A stretch of DNA of 64,000 nucleotides, taken from assembly GCA_040882645.1 (NCBI GenBank), contig JBBEAX010000085.1, forward strand, positions 55,933-119,932. Reading direction: 5' to 3'. The stretch comes from Acidimicrobiia bacterium. GTDB lineage: Bacteria > Actinomycetota > Acidimicrobiia > Spongiisociales > UBA11373. A program made the position numbers and the translations under genes. Shown in pieces: positions 29,153-36,960 of this stretch (positions are counted from its first letter, which is position 1; each line of letters opens with the position of its first letter). The notes beneath the pieces were generated by a model. That model saw only the letters and a list, made by a program, of their open reading frames with translations. It was not told where the DNA came from and ran no database searches.

Positions 29153-30481
29153 TCACGCGGCGGTGAACACCTCCCACTGATCGGGAACGCCCTTGAAGCT
29201 GTGGGTTCCTTTGGTGACCAGTTCCAATCCCGAGCCGGCGACCAGGTCCTTCACCGTTCTCGACACCAGCACCTCGCTCGCGCCGGCGAGAGCCGCCACC
29301 CGCGCGCCGATGTGAACCGCGAGGCCGGCGACATCGGTTCCCAGGATCTCCAGCTCGCCGGTGTGTACGCCGCAGCGCACCTCGATGCCGAGGGGGCTCA
29401 TCGCGGCGACGATGGCTTGGCCGCAGCGAACCGCACGCACCGGCCCGTCGAACCTGGCCAGGAATCCGTCCCCCGTGGTTCCGACCTCGATCCCCCGCCA
29501 TCGAGGGAGCTCGGCTCGGATCACCGCGTTGTGCCGGGCGAGGAGATCCCTCCACACGCGATCGCCCAGGTCGGCGGCCAGACTGGTGGAACCGACGATG
29601 TCGGTGAACAGGACGGTGGAGAGGATTCGCTCGTGCGGGTGCGAGGACCGCTGTCCGGTGACGAACAACTCGATCTCGTCGAGCATCTCGTCGCTGTCGC
29701 CCGCCCAGAACAAGTGATCGCGCCCTGGCAACTCCACCAGCCGGGCTCCCGGTATCTTCGAGGCGATGTAGCGCCCCTCATCGATGCTGACGTCGGCGTC
29801 GCCCTCACGGTACAGGAGCAGTGTCGGTACCCGGATGATGGGCAGAATCGTGGTCACGTCGATCTGCGTGTTCATCCGCAACAGTGCGGCGGCAGCACGG
29901 GGGCTCGCCGACAAGCGAAAGTAGCGCTGCACCCACGCTCGAAAGGCTGGGTCCTGGGCCCGGCTCGGTGCATACACCTCGATCCCTTCGCTCGGGTCCC
30001 CCCACGACTGCTCGATCTCCTCGATGTCGGCCAGGCGCTCCTCCCAGGTCGGCGCCCACGGATAATCGGGGCTCTTGATCCGCTTTGCGTAGGACCCGGT
30101 GAGGATCAGCCCTTCGACCCGTTCGGGGAAAGTCGCGGTGAACAGCACGCACATGTTCCCGCCCTCGGAGTGACCGAACAGCGTTGCCCGTTCCGAGCCG
30201 GCGGCATCCATCACCGCCCGGAGGTCGTCCATTCGCGTCTCCAGGGTGGGAAGCCGGTCGATGGGGACGGGATCCGACAGCCCGGTTCCCCGTTTGTCGA
30301 AGACGATCAGCCGGGCGAAGCCGGCGAGGTGGTCGAGGAATCGGGCGAGCGCCGGGTCTTCCCACATCACCTCGATGTTCGAGACAAAGCCGGGCACGTG
30401 CACGAGATCCCGGGGGCCGTCACCGACGACCTGGTACGCGATGTGGACATCCCCGCTCTTGGCGTAATTGGTCGCTGGCAC
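29153..30481 (-). CDS. alpha/beta-hydrolase domain fused to class III adenylate/guanylate cyclase domain
   Basis: 442 aa. The N-terminal half has a GHSEGG nucleophile elbow. The C-terminal half has VLFTDIVGST, TGDGFLARF, RCGVHTGE and GLAVHIGARV. Confidence 0.8.
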   Translation of the reverse strand: MPATNYAKSGDVHIAYQVVGDGPRDLVHVPGFVSNIEVMWEDPALARFLDHLAGFARLIVFDKRGTGLSDPVPIDRLPTLETRMDDLRAVMDAAGSERATLFGHSEGGNMCVLFTATFPERVEGLILTGSYAKRIKSPDYPWAPTWEERLADIEEIEQSWGDPSEGIEVYAPSRAQDPAFRAWVQRYFRLSASPRAAAALLRMNTQIDVTTILPIIRVPTLLLYREGDADVSIDEGRYIASKIPGARLVELPGRDHLFWAGDSDEMLDEIELFVTGQRSSHPHERILSTVLFTDIVGSTSLAADLGDRVWRDLLARHNAVIRAELPRWRGIEVGTTGDGFLARFDGPVRAVRCGQAIVAAMSPLGIEVRCGVHTGELEILGTDVAGLAVHIGARVAALAGASEVLVSRTVKDLVAGSGLELVTKGTHSFKGVPDQWEVFTAA

Positions 30482-30801
30482 TGAGTGCGAGTCTACGAAC
30501 CGGGCGCTGGCGGGTCATAACTCGCGGCGAACCAAGACCATGATCCCGTGTTTCCCCACTCGTCGTTCAGGCGCGCCACATCAGCTCAAAGGGAATCGGG
30601 GACGTCTACACCGGAACCAGCCCACCCGTCCACCGAATTGCCACCCGATTGGGCAGAACGATGCGAAAGACCGCTCCGCCAAGCCGCTTCGACCGGGCGC
30701 ACTCGCCGACGCCGGCCACCACTGCGAGGCCCATCCCCGTTCCCGGCTTGGACACCAGGAATCGCTGCGGGCCGCGGCGGAATCCCGGCGCACCACCAGG
30801 C

Positions 30802-30831
30802 GGCCCCGCCGTCGTCAGCGACGGCGGGGCC
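30802..30831. terminator. perfect 13-bp-stem hairpin downstream of micro-ORF 30861..30935
   Basis: ggccccgccgtcg tcag cgacggcggggcc. No clear U-tract. Confidence 0.4.
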
Positions 30832-30860
30832 TGGGTTGAATGGTTGGGTGGGACCAGCGA

Positions 30861-30935
30861 CTACCGCCGTCTACTGAATCCCCATCCCCCGCCGAGCAGC
30901 AACAGGACTACAACGATGATCAGCAATGTGGTCAT
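30861..30935 (-). CDS. 24-aa hydrophobic micro-ORF
   Basis: MTTLLIIVVVLLLLGGGWGFSRRR* is the C-terminal part of track ORF 30861..31076. ATG 30935 is preceded by AAGGGAG about 6 nt upstream. Confidence 0.45.
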   Translation of the reverse strand: MTTLLIIVVVLLLLGGGWGFSRRR

Positions 30936-31119
30936 TTCCACTCCCTTGGTTGAGTAATGAACTTGCGTGAACTGTCTTACCCGACGGCGGCGCATCGCCA
31001 AACCGACGCAGGCGACGAAGCCCGAGCGCGAGCCAAAGGGGACACCCGACCGTAACCCGATGGTCAAGCTGGCCATAAGACCCTGGCACTCTGCCCTTCG
31101 GGCCTGTCACCGTGGGTGA

Positions 31120-31677
31120 GTGCAGCTGCTCTCATTTCGGCCCCGGCGCACCGCCCTGGCCCTCACATCGATCCGCGAGGTCGTCTTCGGAGTGGAGGAC
31201 GGCGTGGTCCAGAACATGACCCTGATCGCCGGAATGGTGGGTGCCGCCGTCTCCAACTCGGTCGTGATCCTTGCCGGGTCGGTGAACGCGATCGCCGGAG
31301 TGGTCTCGATGTCGATGGGGACCTACCTGTCCTCCCAGGCGGAGCGGGACGCCGCGATCGCCGCAGGTGCGACGCCGGAACACGGCGACCGTTCGCCGCT
31401 ATTCGATGCGACGGTGATGGCCGTCGCCTACGCTCTCGGCGCTGCCGTCCCCTTGCTGGCGTTCACCGTGCCCGGACTCGATCGACGTGGTGCCATGGCG
31501 GTGGCGATCGGGCTGACCGCGGTCGCCCTCTTCGCCCTGGGCGCCACGAAGGCGATCGCGTGTGGGCAGCGGCGTGTTCGTGCCGGAATGCAGCTTCTGA
31601 CCCTGTCGGCCGCGGCAGGCACGATCGGCTACCTGGTGGGCGTCGCCGCGCAGTCGATCTTCCAGATCGAGGTGTAG
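31120..31677 (+). CDS. VIT1/CCC1 family (iron/manganese) transporter
   Basis: 185 aa. VFGVEDGVVQNMTLIAGMVGA plus a C-terminal TM bundle typical of the VIT family. Confidence 0.6.
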   Translation: MQLLSFRPRRTALALTSIREVVFGVEDGVVQNMTLIAGMVGAAVSNSVVILAGSVNAIAGVVSMSMGTYLSSQAERDAAIAAGATPEHGDRSPLFDATVMAVAYALGAAVPLLAFTVPGLDRRGAMAVAIGLTAVALFALGATKAIACGQRRVRAGMQLLTLSAAAGTIGYLVGVAAQSIFQIEV

Positions 31678-31868
31678 GGCACGGGCACACCGAACGCGCT
31701 CCCTCGGCGGCAACCAGGGCGGTCGGGGCTAGCCGACCCCCTCGTCCCACCACTTGAGCACGCGCAGGGCCCGAAGCGTGTTCCACTTGCTCGGCGTGCC
31801 CACGGGGCCCGCGGAATAGGTGACGTTTGCCTCTCGTGGGGCTCGTACTGCCGGCACACGATCAACAC

Positions 31869-32150
31869 ATGACGCAGACGGCACCTGCCCGTGGTCCGGC
31901 GGTGTCTGACAGGGCCTCTCGTCGCGCAACTTGGATCGACAACCTGTGGGTTGCGATCATCGTGGGGGTCATCGGCTCGCACGTCAGTGTGATCTACGCC
32001 CTCGACGTCGGGTGGTGGTACGAGGAGCGAACCGCCAGTGAGATCGCCAAGGCGGTTCTGGCCGGGGTTTTCGCGCCTGGGCTGCTCTTCGGGATGGGCC
32101 TGATGTTCTTCGTAGCAGGGTGGTTCACCCCTCCGGCCTTCGAACGTAAG
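31869..32150 (+). pseudogene. 5' fragment of an acyltransferase-3 (OpgC-like) family gene
   Basis: MTQTAPARG..RRATWIDNLWVAIIVGVIGSHV...LLFGMGLMFFVAGWFTPPAFERK matches the first ~95 residues of ~380-aa acyltransferase_3 proteins. After this point the frame loses family resemblance and runs into the convergent gene 32267..33394. Confidence 0.35.
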
Positions 32151-32266
32151 GTAGTCGAAGACGTGCTTGTTTCGCGCCGCCACGCCAAGGATTCCGGCGC
32201 TGCGCCTCTTCGAGCGCGTCACCCGGCTGCGACATCGACCCCGGCGCTCGGCTGGCCACAGGCACC

Positions 32267-33394
32267 CTACGCCGGCGCGCCTTCGATCGTATCGGCCGCG
32301 GCAAGGAATCTCGCTTCGATTCGTCGGACGACTCGCACCGCCCAGCGCCGCGAGAAAGCCGACAGGACGGCCGACCCGAGCAGGCCGACCTTCGAGTTCG
32401 ATCCCCTCCATGGTTCGCGGCCGACCCTGACGGCGCACGCCCGGTAGTACCGATCGGTGAACAGCAGCATCAACACGCCCGAGCCCCGCACGGCGCTCAC
32501 CGTCGGCAGCCGCAACTCGTCGAGGAGCGCGGCATATGCGGGGACACACCTCAGAGCCCGGATGAGCAGCTCCTCTCGGACCGCACGAATCTGGCCCCGC
32601 ACACGAGGATCGGCTGCAGAGCATCCGAGGAATGGCTTGAGCGCCGGGTGGTACGCGACGCCGTGCTGTAGGTCGCGCTCCAGATCGCGTGTGACATTTG
32701 CCAGTTGCACCAGCTCACTGACCTTCACGATGCGGCGCCCGTGCGATTCGGAGACCGGGGTGCGCACCATGAGGCCCAGTGCGAAGCGAGCGGGCTCGCC
32801 GATGACGTCGTCGCAGTACTCCGCCAGTTGTTCGTCCGTCTCGAGAACGCCACCCTGGTACTCGAACGTGGTGCTCCAGTGCTCCATGTTGGCGGCCATC
32901 CTGGTGACGAGCTCTGCCACCTGCTCGCGATCGCCGTCGGGCAACCTCGCGTACAGCCGATCGACCAATCCGTACCGTTCGACCAGGAGTCTGTGCACGT
33001 CTTCTTGAGGACTCGACGCGACGATATCCAACTCGGGGGCCTCGGTGCCCATCTCGCCGGTCGAGAATCGAGTCGCGAACCACCGCAGGCCGGCAATCCT
33101 CTGCGCCGGGTCGGGGACCAGGTCCTCGAGAGTGTCGAGCATCCGCGCATACAGATAGCCGACACAGGCGGCGCGAGCCGGGGCCCCGGGAAGCATCACG
33201 ATGCTGGCGGCGAACGAACGCGCCACGTGTGGGAGGATCGCCCACCCAAAGCCTTCCGGGTCGTCGATCGACCTGAGGCGAGCCAGGTCGGGATCGCGGC
33301 GGTCGAGCAGGGTCCCCTTCGCCAGCAGGACGGGCCGCAGTATGAAGAACGGCAAAGCACGCACGGGCGCCACCGTACTGACCGGGAGGCCCAA
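32267..33394 (-). CDS. squalene/phytoene synthase family protein (squalene-synthase-like)
   Basis: 375 aa. First Asp-rich block YLYARMLDTLEDL (DTxED type). Second block YCDDVIGEPA. LANVTRDLERDLQHGVAYHP corresponds to the NIxRDxxED...P motif. Confidence 0.6.
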   Translation of the reverse strand: MGLPVSTVAPVRALPFFILRPVLLAKGTLLDRRDPDLARLRSIDDPEGFGWAILPHVARSFAASIVMLPGAPARAACVGYLYARMLDTLEDLVPDPAQRIAGLRWFATRFSTGEMGTEAPELDIVASSPQEDVHRLLVERYGLVDRLYARLPDGDREQVAELVTRMAANMEHWSTTFEYQGGVLETDEQLAEYCDDVIGEPARFALGLMVRTPVSESHGRRIVKVSELVQLANVTRDLERDLQHGVAYHPALKPFLGCSAADPRVRGQIRAVREELLIRALRCVPAYAALLDELRLPTVSAVRGSGVLMLLFTDRYYRACAVRVGREPWRGSNSKVGLLGSAVLSAFSRRWAVRVVRRIEARFLAAADTIEGAPA

Positions 33395-33619
33395 GCCGGC
33401 CGACGGCGACCGTCGCAGCCCTCGGGCGAGGTCTCGGTGGTCGGTCTCGTCATCGAAGAGACCTGGGCTGAGGCCGACGACTCGCGACTTGCGAAGTGTC
33501 GGAGAGCCTTCGGTGGATGGGGCAGACCCTGGGTGGAGGCTGAGGTCATGGCCTGCATCTTCATTGTGACGGAAGTCTTCGAGAGAAAGGGGCGGACTCG
33601 CCTCCCCTGGACTCCGATT

Positions 33620-34198
33620 TCATGGCCGAATCTGGCATTCCGTCATGATCTCGGTTAGAAGAGTCAACGCTTCATCGATTCGATCCGCGAGGTCGCTGCT
33701 CGCAGCAATCTGTGCCTGTGCTCCGATCGATGATGAGCGGTATTGAGCTTCTGCGGTAACGGCGGCGGCATCTCGAGTGGCATCAGTGACCACAGCTGCT
33801 GAACCGAGCGTTGCGGCTGCAGTGATCGTTCCCGCCAGCACCGCGGCGACGGCACCCGAGAGCCGCGTACGGCGTTTCGGATTGGTCTCAAGCTGAATGG
33901 ACCGGAGGTTCTCGAGTTCTCGCCGCAGCATCTCGATTTCAGCGTCGGCCTGCTCAAGGCTTCCCAGAGCGTTGGCCAGCCGCCGCTCAAGGTCCGGCAG
34001 ATGGTTCGATAGCAGCCATCCCAAGACGTCCAGAAGAGCTGCCACTCTGGCGTCCACGTAGTCAGAGTCGGGTTCGCGGGGCCCAGGGGGGGTCTTCTCT
34101 CTGTGGTTGCTCTGATCATCGCAGACGAGCGAGGACGGTCGGGCCAGCGTTGGCGTCGTCCTGGATCGCCAAGAGGAAGCAAGAGAACGCGGCATCAT
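33620..34198 (-). CDS. hypothetical protein (coiled-coil plus Ala/Thr-rich C-terminal region)
   Basis: I trimmed the track ORF to ATG 34198 to avoid the divergent gene. Coiled-coil segment LERRLANALGSLEQADAEIEMLRRELENLRSI. No family recognised. Confidence 0.4.
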   Translation of the reverse strand: MMPRSLASSWRSRTTPTLARPSSLVCDDQSNHREKTPPGPREPDSDYVDARVAALLDVLGWLLSNHLPDLERRLANALGSLEQADAEIEMLRRELENLRSIQLETNPKRRTRLSGAVAAVLAGTITAAATLGSAAVVTDATRDAAAVTAEAQYRSSSIGAQAQIAASSDLADRIDEALTLLTEIMTECQIRP

Positions 34199-34227
34199 TG
34201 CCGAGTCGGCCCTACAGTCTCGCCCGG

Positions 34228-34797
34228 ATGTCTGCGTCACCGCGAGTGGTTCGGCTGATTGCCGGACTCGCCGCGCTCGCAGCAGGGCTTGCCATGGCAG
34301 CCTCGCAACTCCTGGGGTTCGTCTTCCCCACAGCTGACGACGTGGCGTGCAATACCGGGCCGTCATACGCAGTCAACGCCGTGGATCTGGTCAAGTTCAC
34401 CGCCATCGGGATCGCGATCGTCATGCTGGCCCGGGTTGCTCGAGGACGCCTTACTCGCGCGGGTCGGAGTGTCGCGGTGATTGCCGCAGTGGCGTCGATC
34501 GTGACCGGAGTGGCCAACGGAGTCGAGCATTGTGCCCACCTCGAGGCGCTCGGACTCCTCTACGTCCTTGGGCTCGTGGTGTCCATCTTCGCGACTGCGG
34601 GTTTCGGAGTCTTTCTGGCCCGGACGGGAGCACTTCCAGCATGGATCGGGTGGGTGGTGACCGCCGGCGTGCTGGTGTTCTTGTTGCGCGCCGAGCAGGG
34701 CGGTCGGGAGGTCTACGCGATTGCCTGGATGGTTGTCGGGGTTGGACTCCTAGTCGGAGCGCTTCGGGCACCACACCGAGACCCGCGGGCCCAGTAG
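34228..34797 (+). CDS. hypothetical polytopic membrane protein
   Basis: 189 aa from ATG 34228, with about 5 hydrophobic segments. No family recognised. Confidence 0.45.
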   Translation: MSASPRVVRLIAGLAALAAGLAMAASQLLGFVFPTADDVACNTGPSYAVNAVDLVKFTAIGIAIVMLARVARGRLTRAGRSVAVIAAVASIVTGVANGVEHCAHLEALGLLYVLGLVVSIFATAGFGVFLARTGALPAWIGWVVTAGVLVFLLRAEQGGREVYAIAWMVVGVGLLVGALRAPHRDPRAQ

Positions 34798-35037
34798 CTG
34801 TCAGAAGATCGAGCCTTTCGGGACCCCTTACCCCTCCAAACGGTTGAGAGTCGGCGGTAGCCTCGGGGTGCCGACGAGGTGCCCGGAATCCACGCTACGG
34901 TGTTCAGCGAGGGTTCACGGGGTGCAGCCTGGCGCATTTCCCCCGAACTCCCCGGCATCTGCCCGAGAAGGCGCGAACACCCCGTCGTCACGCCGTCTGG
35001 TGCATATCGGTGCAGCGTCAGAACATTCAGTGCAGTC

Positions 35038-35092
35038 GTGTCGGAGAGAGGACTCGAACCTCCACACCCTTGCGGGCACTAGGCCCTCAACC
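35038..35092. repeat. distal att repeat: orphan 3' half of tRNA-Leu(GAG)
   Basis: gtgtcggagagaggactcgaacctccacacccttgcgggcactaggccctcaacc is identical to 59914-59968. The sequences diverge immediately after (gcgattt vs tagcgcg). Confidence 0.85.
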
Positions 35093-35343
35093 GCGATTTC
35101 GCGTTCTCCGCTGTCCGCACTTAGTGCACTTCAGATCGCCCCGTGACGCTGTCGTGCAATTCGGTGCATCGTCCGCCACGGACCGAATGGCCCTCGGGGT
35201 GCCCGCTCGGGTGCCATGACCGCTTCTTGAGTTTGCCCGAGACCCGTCTCACTACGTCCCGACATAGACCGGCCACTCGGAGAACATCCAGAGGGTAATG
35301 AGTCCGATGAAGCGGGTGGGTCCGGGGCTAATCAGCGCCGTTG

Positions 35344-36960
35344 TTAGTCATCGATTCTCATCTCGCAGGATTCGCGTGGCTCAAGCCCAACGTAGGCACA
35401 CCGGTCGAAGTGGGCGCCACCAACGTACCTGTCAAAGCCGGACCCTCCGCAGAGCCAGTCGTCGCCTGCACTGCCTTGGAGCTTGTCTTTGCCTCGCAGC
35501 GCTTGGATCACGTCATTGGCGGATGTGCCTCTGATTCTGTCCTTGCCTCGAGTTCCCAGGAACGTGGCTGGCTGGCCTCCGCATGAGGCGTGAAGGGATC
35601 GTCCTGCTCCTAGCCTGATGTTGCTTTCGATCGCGTCCCGTGCTGCCGTGTTGGTTAAGACGCAGGAGTGGTCAAGGAGGTCCACTAGGCAACCGTCGTT
35701 GATGGTTGTGTTGAGCCATGCTCGGTTGTGGTGAGATACCGAGTTCGGGACCACTCGGTCTTGCTTGTTGCCGACGGTGGCGAAGAGTCTGGCCTTCGCC
35801 GGCGACAGTTTCCTGATCGCCTCGATCACGTCCGATCCAGGAACAAGGTCGTCGTAGCGTGGCGCGTAGCCCGCGCACCCATCCGCCCAGCCCAACTGGT
35901 TGGGGAGCAGGTTGGCCCAATCGGACCTCGGGCGACCCTTGAGCGGTGAGTCGAGGGCGGTCACCGACGCGAGGTTCCCCGGGTTCCAGGAGCTGAGCGC
36001 GTAGGCAACAACCACGCCGCCCATCGAGTGGGTGATGACGTGAACCTCGTCGCGACCGCCTGTGACGTTCTGGTACCAAGTGCGGAACCGCGCCGCGTGG
36101 CCCCCTGCTCCGTCGATCGACCCGCATGTGTCCTCGGCCGAGTAGCCAGGGCTGAAATCGTGGGCATAGCTGAAAGTGGCGATGTCGTCGGCCGAGAAAT
36201 CCGAGCCAAGGAATGTGCTGTCCGTTGACGCTTTGTCAAGCAGGAACATGCGGAGACGGTTCCACTCCTCCGGCGGATTCGCTGCGCTGCCCCAACTGCC
36301 GCCGAACTCGGTGTTCATCCCCTGAACGAAGATGACAAGGGGGTCCGGATCGACAAACCGGACAGTCACAGAGATCTGCTCCGCCAGACCGGTTTCGTCG
36401 TACCACCGACCAACGAACTCATGGTTGCCTGGAGCGAGGCCATCAGGCACATTGAAGAGATACTCGAGGTTCTTGTAGGGGTAGCTGCGCACACAATCCC
36501 ACGCATACCCGGTCAGGTCCTGCACCTTGCCGTCAATCTCAAGCTCAAAGCGTAAATCCGGCGGATAGGGCGAGAACTCAGCCACGCAGTCTTCGATCGT
36601 CGCACCCTCGTCCGTCGCCCAGCCATGCCTCACATGAAAGGGAGTCCAAGCTGGGAACTCGGTCGGTGGTGCGAGTAGATGCGGAAAGAACGGGTGCAGG
36701 GAGATGCGATCTCCCGCAGGATGAAAGTCAGTTGATACCTGCGCGGGCGCACCCGCGCCCACCGGTGCTGCGAACGCCAAGCCAACACCCAGAAGAAGCA
36801 GGGCCGTCAAAGTCGTCGCGACTCTTCTCACCACTCCCCCCGTCTCACGAGAACCATACGGCAACTGGTCCGGTCGGACCGCCCGCGGCGACGATGATAC
36901 TCCCAAGTCCTTCCCGTCGCTCGCCCACCCATACCCAGAGCTACTCAACGGAACACCCAC
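35344..36960 (-). CDS. secreted alpha/beta-hydrolase (lipase/esterase-like) with C-terminal RTX-like Ca-binding repeats
   Basis: 538 aa. Signal/TM segment TTLTALLLLGVGLAFAAPVGA. Nucleophile elbow VITHSMGG. C-terminal repeats GTRGKDRIRGTSANDVIQALRGKDKLQGSAGDDWLCGGSGFDRYVGG (GxxGxD type). The true start is probably downstream of 36960 (GTG near 36831-36834). Confidence 0.6.
   Translation of the reverse strand: MGVPLSSSGYGWASDGKDLGVSSSPRAVRPDQLPYGSRETGGVVRRVATTLTALLLLGVGLAFAAPVGAGAPAQVSTDFHPAGDRISLHPFFPHLLAPPTEFPAWTPFHVRHGWATDEGATIEDCVAEFSPYPPDLRFELEIDGKVQDLTGYAWDCVRSYPYKNLEYLFNVPDGLAPGNHEFVGRWYDETGLAEQISVTVRFVDPDPLVIFVQGMNTEFGGSWGSAANPPEEWNRLRMFLLDKASTDSTFLGSDFSADDIATFSYAHDFSPGYSAEDTCGSIDGAGGHAARFRTWYQNVTGGRDEVHVITHSMGGVVVAYALSSWNPGNLASVTALDSPLKGRPRSDWANLLPNQLGWADGCAGYAPRYDDLVPGSDVIEAIRKLSPAKARLFATVGNKQDRVVPNSVSHHNRAWLNTTINDGCLVDLLDHSCVLTNTAARDAIESNIRLGAGRSLHASCGGQPATFLGTRGKDRIRGTSANDVIQALRGKDKLQGSAGDDWLCGGSGFDRYVGGAHFDRCAYVGLEPRESCEMRIDD

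Noticed and set aside
28000-30484. Plus-strand ORFs 28000..29166 (388 aa) and 29126..30484 (452 aa)
   Set aside because: They are antisense to the DEAD-box helicase and the hydrolase-cyclase genes. No motifs; shadow ORFs.
31629-32624. 331-aa minus-strand ORF spanning the VIT 3' end, the acyltransferase fragment and the squalene-synthase-like 3' end
   Set aside because: Arg/Pro/Gly-rich nonsense sequence. It overlaps three better-supported features in other frames.
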